Source: Macrostomum lignano
Lineage: Eukaryota
Direction: 5' to 3'
DNA length: 64,000 nucleotides
Assembly: GCA_002269645.1 (NCBI GenBank)
Contig: NIVC01000284.1
Location: 496,001 to 560,000 of the forward strand
Shown: positions 37,701 through 50,377 of the stretch, piece by piece
Layout: every line of letters starts with the position of its first letter
Numbering within the stretch: the first letter of the stretch is position 1
The notes under the pieces: generated by a model
What the model was told of the DNA's origin: nothing
What the model saw: only the letters and a program-made list of their open reading frames with translations
Databases searched by the model: none
Translations under genes and position numbers: made by a program

Positions 37701-40700
37701 TCTACACGTGTACAGCATGTCTGTAGATTTACATGATTCTACTATTTATCTGCGGTAGGTTTACGTGATCCCATTATTTACATGGATATGGGATAGGTTT
37801 ACACGATTCTACCATTTATCTGCGGTAGGTTTACATGATTCTACACCATTTATCTGCGGTAGGTTTACATGATTCTACACCATTTATCTGCGGTAGATTT
37901 ATATGATTCTACACCATTTATCTGCGGTAGGTTTACATTATTCTACACCATTTATCTGCGGTAGGTTTACATGATTCTACACCATTTATCTGCGGTAGGT
38001 TTACATGATTCTACACCATTTATCTGCGGTAGTTTTACATGATTCTACACCATTTATCTGCGGTAGGTTTACATGATTCTACACCATTTATCTGCGGTAG
38101 GTTTACATGATTCTACACCATTTATCTGCGGTAGGTTTACATGATTCTACCATTCATCTGCAGTAGGTTTATATGGTTCTACACCATTTTTCTGCGGTAG
38201 GTTTACATGTGAACATCAATAGCAATAACCTGAGCATTCTCCTTCACATCGGACAGTGTAGAGATCTGCACAAAGTAGCCTCGGTTTGAGCAGGCAATTT
38301 TTTTCACATTCTCCTCCTCAGCAGCCTCGTGACCCACTAGGAAAGTGAAAACTCGGACTTGGCGCTGCGGGGTTTCAAAAAAAGCGCAGTGTGCATAAAC
38401 TACTATGAGTAGTAATTAGGCTTCTAACTATACAGATAGTTATGATAGTGAGAAAATTGGCTAGTATGGAAACCGGGGGGTAAGATTGTGGCTAATCAAA
38501 GGGTAAGATTGTGGATAATCAAGGGTGAGATTGTGGATAATCAAGGGTGAGATTGTGGATAATCAAGGGTGAGATTGTGGATAATCAAGGGGTGAGATTG
38601 TGGATAATTAGAGGTGAGATTGTGGAAGATCAGGGGTGAGATTGTGGATAATCAAGGGTAAGATTGTGGATAATAAAGGGTGAGATTGTGGATAATCAAG
38701 GGAGAGATTGTGGATAATCAAGGGTGAGATTGTGGATAATCAGAGGTGAGATTGTGAATAAACCAGGGTGAGATTGTGGATAATCAGGGGTGAGATTGAG
38801 GATAGACAGGGTGAGATTGTGGATAATCAGGGGTGAGATTTAAGATAGACAGGGGTGAGATTGTGGATAGTCAGGGGTGAGATTGAGGATAATAAAGGGA
38901 GAGATTAAGGATAGACGGGGTGAGATTGGCGAGTATATGCAAAATGCATGGTTGTTGCTACAAAGAGGGTGCACACGCTATACCGCTTACATCGAAGTTG
39001 TACTTTTTGAAGACCTCCTGGAACGTCTGCGGTGCCCCGTCCGAGATAAGTACGATATTCTGCACCCCGCCTGAGGACAGGTCAGTCGCATTTCTTTTCA
39101 CATAATCGAGCAGCTGGAATGCCTCTTCGAGGGCTTCTTTGTAGTCGGAGATGCCCAGGGGAGCGAATTGTCTGTCTTGCGGTGCGCGATTTTCATCTTC
39201 TCGAATCAGATCCATGACGGTCTGTGGGTTCGGATGAATGTACACGCTTTACATAAATCAGGGACCGGTGTTGCTTTGGCTCCCCCTGGACTGGACTTTG
39301 GTTCCCCCAGGTGCTAAAGCCCCTGGTGCTGGCGCCCCTTGGTGCTAAAGCCCCTGGTGCTAAAGCCCCTGGTGCTAAAGCCCCGGGTGCTAAAGCCCCT
39401 GGTGCTAAAGCCCCTGGTGCTAAAGCCCCTGGTGCTAAAGCCCCGGGTGCTAAAGCCCCTGGTGCTAAAGCCCCGGGTGCTAAAGCCCCTGGTGCTAAAG
39501 CCCCTGTTGCTAAAGCCCCTGGTGCTAAAGCCCCTGGTGCTAAAGCCCCTGGTGCTAAAGCCCCTGGTGCTAAAGCCCCGGGTGCTAAAGCCCCTGGTGC
39601 TAAAGCCCTTTGGATTGGAAATTGAAGTTAAAAATTGCAAACGGGTTTTTAGTTTTTTAGTAAATACGATTGCTGTCGAGTTAAAACAAATAATTAACTC
39701 ACGTATTTATTTTTCTCGGTCGCTTGCAGCATTGTAAAGTTGAAATCATCCGATATGTACTTGAGCGACGAGTTCATGAACTGCGCGGATTAAACAGGTG
39801 AAATGCGTAACAAGTTAGATGATTTGTATTAAAAAGTTGATTATTTGCTATCAGCTAGTTAAAAATTTAACATGTCAATTGTGATTCTTGTCCATGTTAA
39901 TTAAGCACGGAAAGTTTTATGCTACTAATAATTTTGTTTTTTTACTTAATTGCTGTATCCAATAATATTTATATCGTGTACTGCATTGCTTGTTTTAAAA
40001 AAGTGTTTTCCTACAATTAATACATGCACCATCTTATATTTCGTATGCAGAGAGTGGTAATAGATATTATCCAGTTTTAGATATTGTTGAAAGTTTGCGA
40101 GGGAAAGTGCAAAAATGTTGATACTGAAAAGTATCCATGTCAAACATATAGAGCCGCCATGTCAAACATAAAAGAGCCACCACTTCTAATATAAGAGCCA
40201 TCTGAGAGTGGGTTGATAGCTATCTATAAGGATTCTTGGTATCCAGGGATGCTTGAATTGCTATTGGGTGATGCTTGCTATCGGGGGGATGCTTGCTATG
40301 TGGGGTTGCTTGCTATCTGGGGGATACTTGCTGTCTGGGGGTTGCTTGATATCTGAGGGATGCTTGCTGTCTGGGGGTTGCTTGGTATCTGGGGGATGCT
40401 TGCTATCGGGGGGATGCTTGCTGTCTGGGAGTTGCTTGGTATCTGGGGGATGCTTGCTGTCTGGGGGTTGCTTGGTATCTGGGGGATGCTTGCTATCGGG
40501 GGGATGCTTGCTGTCTGAGGGATGCTTGCTATCTAGGTTGCTTGCTATCGGGAGGATGCTTGCTATTGGGTGATGCTTGCTATCTGGGGGATGCTTGCTG
40601 TCTGAGGGATGCTTGCTATCTAGGTTGCTTGCTATCGGGAGGATGCTTGCTATTGGGTGATGCTTGCTATCTGGGGGATGCTTGCTATCTAGGTTGCTTG

Positions 40701-43700
40701 CTGTCTGGGGGATGTTTGCTATCTGGGGGATGCTTGCTATCTGGGGGATGCTTGCTATCTGGGGGATGCTTGCTGTCTGGGGGATACTTGCTGTCTGGGG
40801 GTTGCTTGGTATCTGGGGGATGCTTGCTGTCTGGGGGTTGCTTGGTATCTGGGGGATGCTTGCTATCGGGGGGATGCTTGCTGTCTGGGAGTTGCTTGCT
40901 ATCTGGGGGATGCTTGCTATCTGGGGGATGCTTGCTGTCTGGGGGATGCTTGCTATCTAGGTTGCTTGCTATCGGGAGGATGCTTGCTATTGGGTGATGC
41001 TTGCTATCTGGGGGATGCTTGCTATCTAGGTTGCTTACTGTCTGGGGGATGTTTGCTATCTGGGGGATGCTTGCTATCTGGGGGATGCTTGCTATCTGGG
41101 GGATGCTTGCTATCTGGGGGATGCTTGCTGTCTGGAGGATACTTGCTGTCTGGGGGATGCTTGGTATCTGGGGGATGCTTGCTATCGGGGGGATGCTTGC
41201 TGTCTGGGAGTTGCTTGCTATCTGGGGGATGCTTGCTATCGGGGGGATGCTTGCTGTCTGAGGGATGCTTGCTATCTAGGTTGCTTGCTATCGGGAGGAT
41301 GCTTGCTATTGGGTGATGCTTGCTATCTGGGGGATGCTTGCTATCTAGGTTGCTTGCTGTCTGGGGGATGTTTGCTATCTGGGGGATGCTTGCTGTCTGG
41401 GGAATGCTTGCTATCTGGGGGATGCTTGCTATCTAGGTTGCTTGCTGTCTGGGGGATGCTTGCTATCTAGGTTGCTTGCTGTTTGGGGGATGCTTGCTAT
41501 CTGGGGGATGCTTGCTGTCTGGGGGATGCTTGCTATCTGGGGATGCTTGCTATCTGGGTGATGCTTGCTATCTGGGGGATGCCTGCTATCTAGGTTGCTT
41601 GCTATCTGGGGGGTGCTTGCTGTCTGGGGGTTGCTTGCTATCTGGGGGATGCTTGCTATCTGGGGATGCTTGCTATCTGGGTGGATGCTTGCTATCTAGG
41701 TGGATGTTTGCTATCTGGGGATGCTTGCTATCTGGGGATGCTTGCTATCTAGGTTGCTTGCTATCTGGGGGATGCTTGCTGTCTGGGGGATGCTTGCTAT
41801 CTGGGGGATGCTTGCTATCTGGGGGATGCTTGCTATCTAGGTTGCTTGCTATCGGGAGGATGCTTGCTATTGGGTGATGCTTGCTATCTGGGGGATGCTT
41901 GCTATCTAGGTTGCTTGCTATCTGGGGGATGCTTGCTATCTGGGGGATGCTTGCTATCTGGGGATGCTTGCTATCTGGGTGGATGTTTGCTATCTGGGGG
42001 ATGCTTGCTATCTAGGTTGCTTGCTATCGGGAGGATGCTTGCTATTGGGTGATGCTTGCTATCTGGGGGATGCTTGCTATCTGGGGGATGCTTGTTGCTA
42101 TTTGGCAGGATGCTTTCTGTCTTGGGATATTTTCTTTGAGAGGGAATGTCTGTTGTCTTTGTGAAGGCTTTATTTCGCTGTCTTTTTGTTACTTGTAGAG
42201 AACAGAGATTCTATCCAGATGTTCCCTTTGGGGGCGAAGATTGCTACATGTAGTTCACTACTATAGACTGAAATATTTAATGAAATCCGACTATTGTGGA
42301 CATGGATTCATATAACTGTCAAAAACTTGCTACGGAAAATAGAGACCAGCTCTAGATTACGATCGTACATGTACAGTGATATATTGCGTAACACACTCTC
42401 CAGACTGACTCATATAGCTTAACTAGCAGTTTTGTTATAAATTCAAATATAAATAATTGCATTGCATATTGCTAAATTTCGTGCACGTATATATTATGCC
42501 AGATAAAAGTTGATTTGCCGTGTACACATATGTAGTTTAGCTATTACTTTAATTTTAACAAAATTCAAACGTTTTAATAATCTTGAATCACTTTTAAGAG
42601 CGAAACTTTAATGAATAAATTAATTGGGTTTGCAGGTTTCTATTATTGATGATGAATAGCGATATGTTTGTCATAGTGAGATATTTTCAAGCTTATGTTA
42701 TCCGGGAAATCGTGCAAATTTTACGCGTTTTAATTAATACTCCGTGCATTTTAATGCATATACACACAAACTCATTAATTTTATACTTACTTCCTCGTGT
42801 GGCGATTTTGTTATCTTAACGAACAATTCCGCGAAATGATATTTAAATTATAAGCTGTTCTAATAAACGGTTAAGATGTTAAAAATAGGTAGAAATCATG
42901 CCGCGAACCAATATGACAGGACAGATACAGAACTATAAACATGTATAACGATACTAATCCAAGGACAGAACAAATGTATAGAGAATCTAAACACAAAAAC
43001 GGATATTAAGAAGTTTAAAAGGCACACAATTACATGTAATTCAATTTCACAGCAAGTTACCAAACAAATAGCTGCACACGTTAAAAATGTAACCTCAACA
43101 GAATTTGAAAACAACACCGAAGGATCGCACAGCATGCACTGGGGGGAAATTGCGCATGCAGTTGAAACGGACAACGTTTGAAAATTCAGAGTAAAACAAA
43201 TTCAAATTTAAGAAATACCTCTCTGGAGGTTTTAAATAGCTATCCAAAGAAAATAAAATACATGTTAGAAGTTATATACATTCAAAAGTGAAATTGGTTC
43301 AAACTCACCATAATCACGTTGAAGAAATCGTTAACATTCAACGTGTACAGCAGTTCAGTTAGGGTCATGTTGGCAATGATTGATCGACGACCTTTCATAG
43401 AGCCGCTATTGTCCAGTAAGATGACCATGTCTTTTGGATAGGAGGCAGCCAATAGGTACCTGATTATTGTTTAAAAATGAAAGCAAGGATTTGCTACATT
43501 GGTGAGCGTCATTACGATTGTCAAGCGTTTGTATTTTCAGATCATTTTCTTTGTCGAATTAGAACCTAATTACTCTTTATTGAGCCATAAAAAGTCTTAC
43601 CAGTACTGAGTTCGACAATCGAAAAAGTCCAAAGTGATATCCTTACTGCCCAGGTCCTTAGTCTGAATATACCAACGAATACCGGGATAGATTTTGAACA

Positions 43701-46700
43701 ATCCCTCCGTATTGCCAAAGTACTGCCACTTCAGCATCGGGTCCAATGCTGCATTAGATTCGAACACTTTGTCAAGGCCCTGCGACCAGTTTGCTGCGTT
43801 AAGCATGCTCGTGGCTACAATATGTTAACGGATTGGGTGGCACTCGGATGAGAGAGTTTAAAATATGAGACATTTTCTACCCTGACACTTACAGAGAGAT
43901 GCAGGGAGAGAGACAGGGACAGAAAGACAGAGACAGAGAGACAGGGACAGAGAGACAGGGACAGAGAGACAGGGACAGAGAGACAGGGACAGAGAGACAG
44001 GGACAGAGAGACAGGGACAGACAGACAGGGACAGAGAGACAGGGACAGAGAGACAGGGACAGAGAGACAGGGACAGACAGACAGGGACAGAGAGACAGGG
44101 ACAGAGAGACAGGGACAGAGAGACAGGGACAGAGAGACAGGGACAGAGAGACAGGGACAGAGACAGGGACAGAGAGACAGGAACAGTGGGGACAATATGA
44201 CAGGCACTGGTCGAATCCCCTCCCATTTTGTGAGTCTTGCTATCGCAGAGGCTCTCACAGGCATCGTAGATATTGGACGGCACGTGCGCAGTGGACACCT
44301 TGCGATTGGTCTCAACGCCATAGAGCCTGGGGTCAGGATTCAACTCAACCAGAGTAGGCGCTGAACAAAAGTTCTCAACGTCCTCAGTTTTCTGCATCAC
44401 GTAGACTGTGTTGCGCGACTCTGGATCCAAGTTTTGATGCGTGTTGTTGGACGATTCGTGGGGTTTGTCTTCGATCGCTGTCGCTCGGAGGAAGGGCTGG
44501 TCCTTGAGCTCCAAGCACTGTGGTTTTTGCGATGAAGGGATTGTTTGCTAGCTTCATCTGCACCCTTCATTCTCCGCAGTCCTTACTCGACCTTCACTAC
44601 ACTACCCTCACATCCCCCCTCACTTCTCTCCCCTCACTACTCAACCCTCACTACTCAGCCCTCACTACTCTACCCTCACTACACTCCCCTCACTACTCTC
44701 CCCTCACTACACTCCCCTCACTACACTCCCCTCACAACTCAACCCTCACTACTCTACCCTCACTACTCTCCCCTCACTACTCTACCCTCACTACTCTCCC
44801 CTCACTACTCTCCCCTCACTTCTCTCCCCTCACTACTCAACCCTCACTACTCAACCCTCACTACTCTACCCTCACTACTCTCCCCTCACTACTCTACCCT
44901 CACTACTCTACCCTCACTACTCTCCCCTCACTACTCTACCCTCACTACTCTACCCTCACTACTCTCCCCTCACTACTCTACCCTCACTACTCTACCCTCA
45001 CTACTCTACCCTCACTACTCTCCCCTCACTACTCTACCCTCACTACTCTCCCCTCACTACTCTCCCCTCACTACTCTACCCTCACTACTCTCCCCTCACT
45101 ACTCTCCCCTCACTACACTCCCCTCACAACTCAACCCTCACTACTCTACCCTCACTACTCTCCCCTCACTACTCAACCCTCACTACTCAACCCTCACTAC
45201 TCAACCCTCACTACTCAGCCCTCACTACTCTACCCTCACTACTCTCCCCTCACTACACTCCCCTCACTACACTCCCCTCACTACACTCCCCTCACTACTC
45301 TCCCCTCACTACTCTCCCCTCACTACTCTCCCCTCACTACTCTCCCCTCACTACTCTACCCTCACTACTCTCCCCTCACTACTCTCCTCTTACCCATCTC
45401 CCGTCTCAAGCTAATCTACCCTATCTTTGTTACCATCCACTTTTATTAGAGACACTAAAGTATATTAATTATACGCTTTAATTATTACTACTTAAACAGA
45501 CTTACATTCAACGAGTAGTTCCGATGCGTATGACCGGCAAAGGCATATTCGGCTTCAACACGAATTCTCTTGATGATTAAGAAAAGATTGGGAACATTGT
45601 TGGTACTTATTTTTAACTGGTTAAATCAAATAATTTCACGCTTACCTTCACGTGCTCCTCATATTTATAGGTGAATTTTCCTATCCTAGCCTTGATATCA
45701 TTCATCAATTGTTGGCCTTGGGCCTCGTTGCGATTGTCGGAGACAACTCGATTTTCTTCGAATTTCTGCAGCAACAAAAGCAATGTTGTTTCTATTAGTT
45801 ATAGCTCGTAAAAGCGATACATTTCTTGAAGAAATTGAGCGACCACGCAGTGTTCTCACCCGCTCGAACTTTTCAATGCCAAGTTGTCGACGAACTTGTT
45901 CGAAATTGTTAGCGATAGTTTGAACCCAAGCGTTGATTCTGGAATTTAATTGATGTTTGTCTACGTTAACTGGGAGTTTTTTTATGCTAGTATCAGATTC
46001 ATCCCATGAGTGCAGGAGAGTGACATGCTGAGAGTGACGGAATACGAGTGCCATGCTTAGAGTGACGGAATACGAGTGCCATGCTGAGAGTGACGGAATA
46101 CGAGTGACATGCTGAGAGTGACGGAATACGAGTGGCATGCTGAGAGTGACGGAATACGAGTGGCATGCTGAGAATGACGGAATACGAGTGACATGCTGAG
46201 AATGACGGTATGAGAGTGGCGCAGAATGAGAGTGACGCAGAACGAGAGTGACGGAATAAGAGTGACGCAGAACGAGAGTGACGGAATGAGAGTGACGGAA
46301 TGAGAGTGACGGAATGAGAGTGACGGAATGAGAGTGACGGAATGAGAGTGACGCAATGAGAGTGACGGAATGAGAGTGACGGAATGAGAGTGACGGAATG
46401 AGAGTGACGGAATGAGAGTGACGCAATGAGAGTGACGGAATGAGAGTGACGGAATGAGAGTGACGGAATGAGAGTGACGGAATGAGAGTGACGGAATGAG
46501 AGTGACGGAATGAGAGTGACGGAATGAGAGTGACGGAATGAGAGTGACGGAATGAGAGTGACGCAATGAGAGTGATGGAATGAGAGTGAATGAGAGTGAC
46601 GGAATGAGAGTGACGGAATGAGAGTGACGCAATGAGAGTGATGGAATGAGAGTGAATGAGAGTGACGGAATGAGAGTGACGGAATGAGAGTGAATGAAAG

Positions 46701-47904
46701 TGACGGAATAAAGGTGACGGAAGGAGAGTGACGCAATGAGAGTGACGGAATGAGAGTGACGGAATGAGAGTGACGGAATGAGAGTGAATGAGAGTGACGG
46801 AATGAGAGTGACGGAATGAGAGTGACGGAATGAGAGTGACGGAATGAGAGTGACGGAATGAGAGTGACGGAATGAGAGTGACGGAATGAGAGTGACGGAA
46901 TGAGAGTGACGGAATGAGAGTGACGGAATGAGAGTGACGGAATGAGAGTGACGGAATGAGAGTGACGCAATGAGAGTGACGGAATGAGAGTGACGCAATA
47001 AGAGTGATGGAATGAGAGTGAATGAGAGTGACGGAATGAGAGTGACGGAATGAGAGTGAATGAAAGTGACGGAATAAAGGTGACGGAATGAGAGTGACGC
47101 AATGAGAGTGACGGAATGAGAGTGAATGAGAGTGATGGAATGAGAGTGACGGAATGAGAGTGACGGAATGAGAGTGACGGAATGAGAGTGACGGAATGAG
47201 AGTGACGGAATGAGAGTGACGGAATGAGAGTGACGGAATGAGAGTGACGGAATGAGAGTGACGGAATGAGAGTGACGGAATGAGAGTGACGGAATGAGAG
47301 TGACGGAATGAGAGTGACGGAATGAGAGTGACGGAATGAGAGTGACGGAATGAGAGTGACGGAATGAGAGTGACGGAATGAGAGTGACGGAATGAGAGTG
47401 ACGGAATGAGAGTGACGGAATGAGAGTGACGGAATGAGAGTGACGGAATGAGAGTGACGGAATGAGAGTGACGGAATGAGAGTGACGGAATGAGAGTGAC
47501 GGAATGAGAGTGCCGGAATGAGATTGAATGAGAGTGACGGAATGAAAGTGACGGAATGAGAGTGAATGAGAGTGACGCAATGAGAGTGACGCAATGAGAG
47601 TGACGGAATGAGAGTGAATGAGAGTGACGCAATGAGAGTGACGGAATGAGAGTGACGGAATGAGAGTGAATGAGAGTGACATACCGAGTGAGGAAATGAG
47701 TGACGTGATGGGAGTGACAGCATGAGAGTGACAGACTGTGAGCCAAACTGACAGTAAATCAGGCCATTGCCGGTAAACTCACTCCTTAGCATCTAGCTGA
47801 GGTTTGGTCGCGGTAGCACTGCCGATGTCCAGCCACGAAAGAAGCAGCAGAGGTGCCAGCAGGCTCACGATGGCCATCAGATAGCAATTTCGCAAAGAAT
47901 TCAT
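25758..47904 (-). CDS. CACNA2D: Voltage-gated calcium channel alpha2delta subunit (VWA_N, VWA, Cache domains, GPI-type C-terminus)
   Basis: Phase-consistent exons: 47904-47783 (signal peptide), 45938-45860, 45765-45646, 45568-45506, 44517-44259, 43814-43601 (WQYFGNTEG), 43459-43309 ([17 protein letters not shown]), 39780-39703, 39221-38991 (ISDG), 38364-38230 ([16 protein letters not shown]), 37528-37436, 36094-35810 (acceptor uncertain), 35387-35376 (candidate microexon), 34922-34863, 34771-34607 ([18 protein letters not shown]), 34039-33863, 32398-31901, 31230-30674, 30456-30378 (YDYQSIC), 30300-30248, 30148-30093, 29293-28789, 28103-27911 (STNLVFV), 25862-25758 (hydrophobic tail). Paralog number not assignable. 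Confidence 0.93.
26520..27473. mobile_element. MITE with 8-bp TSD (P-element-like or hAT-like) inserted in a minisatellite
   Basis: TIR CACAGATACTA(A/G)AATAAC(T/C)AGAT(G/A)GGCCACT; perfect TSD GGATAAAC at 26512-26519 and 27474-27481. Confidence 0.88.
26853..27339. mobile_element. Mutator-like foldback MITE nested in the previous element
   Basis: Long inverted arms (~190 bp) with TTTGCCCGC subrepeats; perfect 9-bp TSD AGGGGGGTA at 26844-26852 and 27340-27348. Confidence 0.88.
29330..29930. repeat. 23-bp minisatellite (AAAAATCAGCACCAAATTTAGTT)
   Basis: Direct periodicity. Confidence 0.95.
31430..31765. repeat. CT-rich low-complexity tandem repeat
   Basis: Repeated TTCTCTTCAATCTTCTCTCTTCTCTTTAAC blocks. 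Confidence 0.85.
32870..33783. repeat. 46-bp minisatellite, ~20 near-identical copies
   Basis: GCGATTCTGGTCACGGTAACGTTTTCAACCTTCCAATGACTCTTTA units. Confidence 0.97.
34290..34530. repeat. 17-bp minisatellite (GGGTACAGAGGGAGATA)
   Basis: Direct periodicity; matches the G3N1-7 quadruplex pattern. Confidence 0.95.
36310..36885. repeat. GA-rich ~10-14-bp repeat (AGTAGAGAGAGA)
   Basis: Direct periodicity. Confidence 0.9.
37735..38205. repeat. 34-bp minisatellite
   Basis: CTACACCATTTATCTGCGGTAGGTTTACATGATT units. Confidence 0.95.
38475..38925. repeat. 22-bp minisatellite (GGGTGAGATTGTGGATAATCAA)
   Basis: Direct periodicity. Confidence 0.9.
39309..39608. repeat. 15-bp minisatellite (GGTGCTAAAGCCCCT)
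   Basis: About 20 near-perfect copies. Confidence 0.97.
40250..42100. repeat. 18-bp minisatellite (GCTTGCTATCTGGGGGAT) with variant units
   Basis: 1.85-kb array in an alpha2delta intron. Confidence 0.95.
43905..44180. repeat. 14-bp minisatellite (ACAGAGAGACAGGG)
   Basis: Direct periodicity. Confidence 0.95.
44590..45390. repeat. 14-bp minisatellite (CTCACTACTCTCCC)
   Basis: Direct periodicity. Confidence 0.95.
46015..47730. repeat. 14-bp minisatellite (TGAGAGTGACGGAA) filling most of alpha2delta intron 1
   Basis: Direct periodicity; a 28-bp dimeric variant at the left end. Confidence 0.97.
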
Positions 47905-49132
47905 AGCAGTTTTTTCTACACGATAAACCTATTGATTAATGTTGAAATCTTATATCATAAGAATGAACAATCGCATGATGATAATATAGCTGAACTAATT
48001 TAGGCCAAAAGGGGGTGTTCTATCTATCTATCGCACAATAAATTAGTCAGATTTTTGCGCTTTAAAGTGAGTGAGAGAGTGAGGGAGGGAGAACTCAGCT
48101 AACACAAGTGAACTGACTGGGAGGAGAACTTATGTATGTTTTAAGTGAGCGCGGTATATCCTTCTGTGTACTTGCGTGAGCAAAGCCTAGCTCTCTACCC
48201 CACAGACACCCCCCAGAGCTTCCTATATATCTCATGGCCAAGCCCTGAACACGCCGAGAAATAGAGAGAGGTTGGCCCGACTGACTTGAGCAGTATAGTG
48301 AGGGTCTGAGTGTCGCTGAGTTGAGAAGTGCAGTCCAGAGCAAGGTTTTGTACACCTCCTGAGCCTTTAGGGTTCTGCTTTCCTTTATCGCGGATCTCTT
48401 CCTCTCTCTGCTCTCCTTCTCTCCCTCCCGCACGGGCTCTCTGCGGAGCTCAAACCAGCATCCGCTAATCCCTAAGAGGCTTCATCTCTGCCCCCCCCCC
48501 CGATCTCCCCTCTTTTTCTCTCAACCGAGAAGCATGTACAGTCCTGTTGACGGTCTGTGCGCCTGCCTAAGATCTACTCTGCAGAGAGTACACACCTGCC
48601 TAAATGTGCAAATTGCAGTGATGATCCGCCAATTTTTCGTTTTGCTAGTCGGCATAATTTCAATGTGTCTATGCCATTCATTAATTTATTTATGCAACTT
48701 GACCCTTTGCATATCAGCAATTCCACCTTTGAGCATTTGGCTTATCTCAGCAATTCCCCCTTTGAGCATTTGGCTTATCTCAGCAATTCCGATCCCCCTT
48801 TGAGCATTTTGCATCTTAGCAATTCCCCTACCGTGGGCCTTGGCATCTTGATGTGTTCCTTATTACCCGACTTCGGTAATCAAAGAACAATCACTTCTAG
48901 CTCTTTAGCTAGGCAACCCAGTAATTCAAACGAAAGTATTCAATTACCTTGACTTCTTATGAGATATCTCTCCTTCTTTGAGTCCTTCGTAGATCTCGTG
49001 TAGATCTCGATCTGTAGTTCAGGCCTGAATTCGACTCGACTTGTAGTCCTGGTCCGAGTTTCTCTTTTCTTCTTTTGCCGGCCGGTATCTGTCGTTCGGA
49101 CCAATAAGAAGCTTCCAAATTAACAATGGGTA

Positions 49133-49557
49133 CCCTGCGCCAAACTGCGGTTTAATATAAGCCTACTCCTTCTAGCAGTGCCTCTATGCACTCTAGGTAT
49201 AGCTCCGGAAACCACTGATAGTCTTCTAAGATCTATCAGGGGCAGTCCTTCTGGAGACTGCAACCAGTAGAGTCTAAACAGACTCAAGAGTCTCAACAGA
49301 CTCAAACTAAACTCCAAAGAGACGTCTCAAAACACAGGCGCAAATGAGTAAGGCTTACCGCAAGAACTCGACGAGTCTTCTGTAGGAAGTCCTGTAGTGG
49401 CTTCCTCTTCGGAGCTCTTCTCCTTCCGGAGGAATTGTGGCTCCGGGTCCGTTCCGGACCACTTGTATTTATAGGCGTTCAGACCTCTCTCGAGGTCGTA
49501 CATCACTGTCTTCGCAAATGTCAAAGGGTCACGATTCGGTGGCTGTCAAGCATGACA
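49133..49557 (-). mobile_element. 5' LTR plus primer-binding site of a truncated LTR retrotransposon
   Basis: Minus strand TGTCATG (49557)...ACCGCA (49146), internal TATAAATA and ATTAAA, then GTT and a PBS-like TGGCGCAGGG from 49142. No gag/pol or second LTR seen. Confidence 0.7.
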
Positions 49558-50377
49558 GGGTAGAAAGTTGCGCAACTAGTCTACTGTAAAAGCGCATGAT
49601 TGGTTACCGTAGCTGGTAGACTTTGATTGGTTCATCCGGGTGCAACCCGAGTGCAAACCAAATGATGACTTGAAGGTGGGGTTTGAATTGACAGTTGTTG
49701 GTCGCACGTGATTGGGTGATTTCTAAAATTAGCATGCTCGAGGTTTCTCTCTTCCTATTGGTTAGTCCGAATATACTTATAGTTCAAAGCATACCTTATT
49801 CATGCTCTTCAATTTACTACTAAATAAAATGTGTGAGTAGTACGTTAACACTTTTAAATAACTTTTCTGGGAGATATAATACTCTACAATCTCAGCAATT
49901 CCCCCTTTGAACATTTGGCATCTCAGCAATTTCCCTAGTTAGCCTTATAGTCTTTAAACGATTATCTTATTCATTTTTGTTAATTTGTTAAAAGAAACTG
50001 TTTATTTAAAACTTAAATCGTACAAATTGGAAAAAAATGATTTATTTAAAACATTTTAATTTTATTAGCACAGAAAAAAGTTGAAACGATATGAAACTTT
50101 AAATATTTTAAATACTGAAGTATTAAAACACCATTATTGTAATTTAATTATTTTATTTTAAATAGTGAAGTATTAAAACACCATGAAGTTTGAAAATATG
50201 AATCATTATTGTAATTTAATTATTTTAATCTGAGTCACATTTTCTAAAAAGTGAAATTGAAAAGAGTTTGTTTATTTGTTCATGTTTTATAAATGAATCG
50301 AATTTATCGCTTACGAGCGCTCGTATTATAAAACACTGTGAACAATTTAAGTTCAATAGATTATTCCTGTTAAAAAT

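Noticed and set aside
39311-39640. GAKAP-repeat ORF resembling a collagen- or histone-H1-like peptide
   Set aside because: 15-bp minisatellite inside an alpha2delta intron; no ATG or splice support.
45698-47792. Three overlapping 541-682-aa ORFs ([14 protein letters not shown] repeats)
   Set aside because: All three frames are open because the 14-bp unit has no stop codon on that strand; the region is intron 1 of alpha2delta, bounded by phase-matched splice sites.
48060-48700. Second LTR or gag zinc-knuckle remnant (PKCANCS)
   Set aside because: No PBS, PPT, TSD or complete CCHC motif; it could equally be alpha2delta 5' flank.
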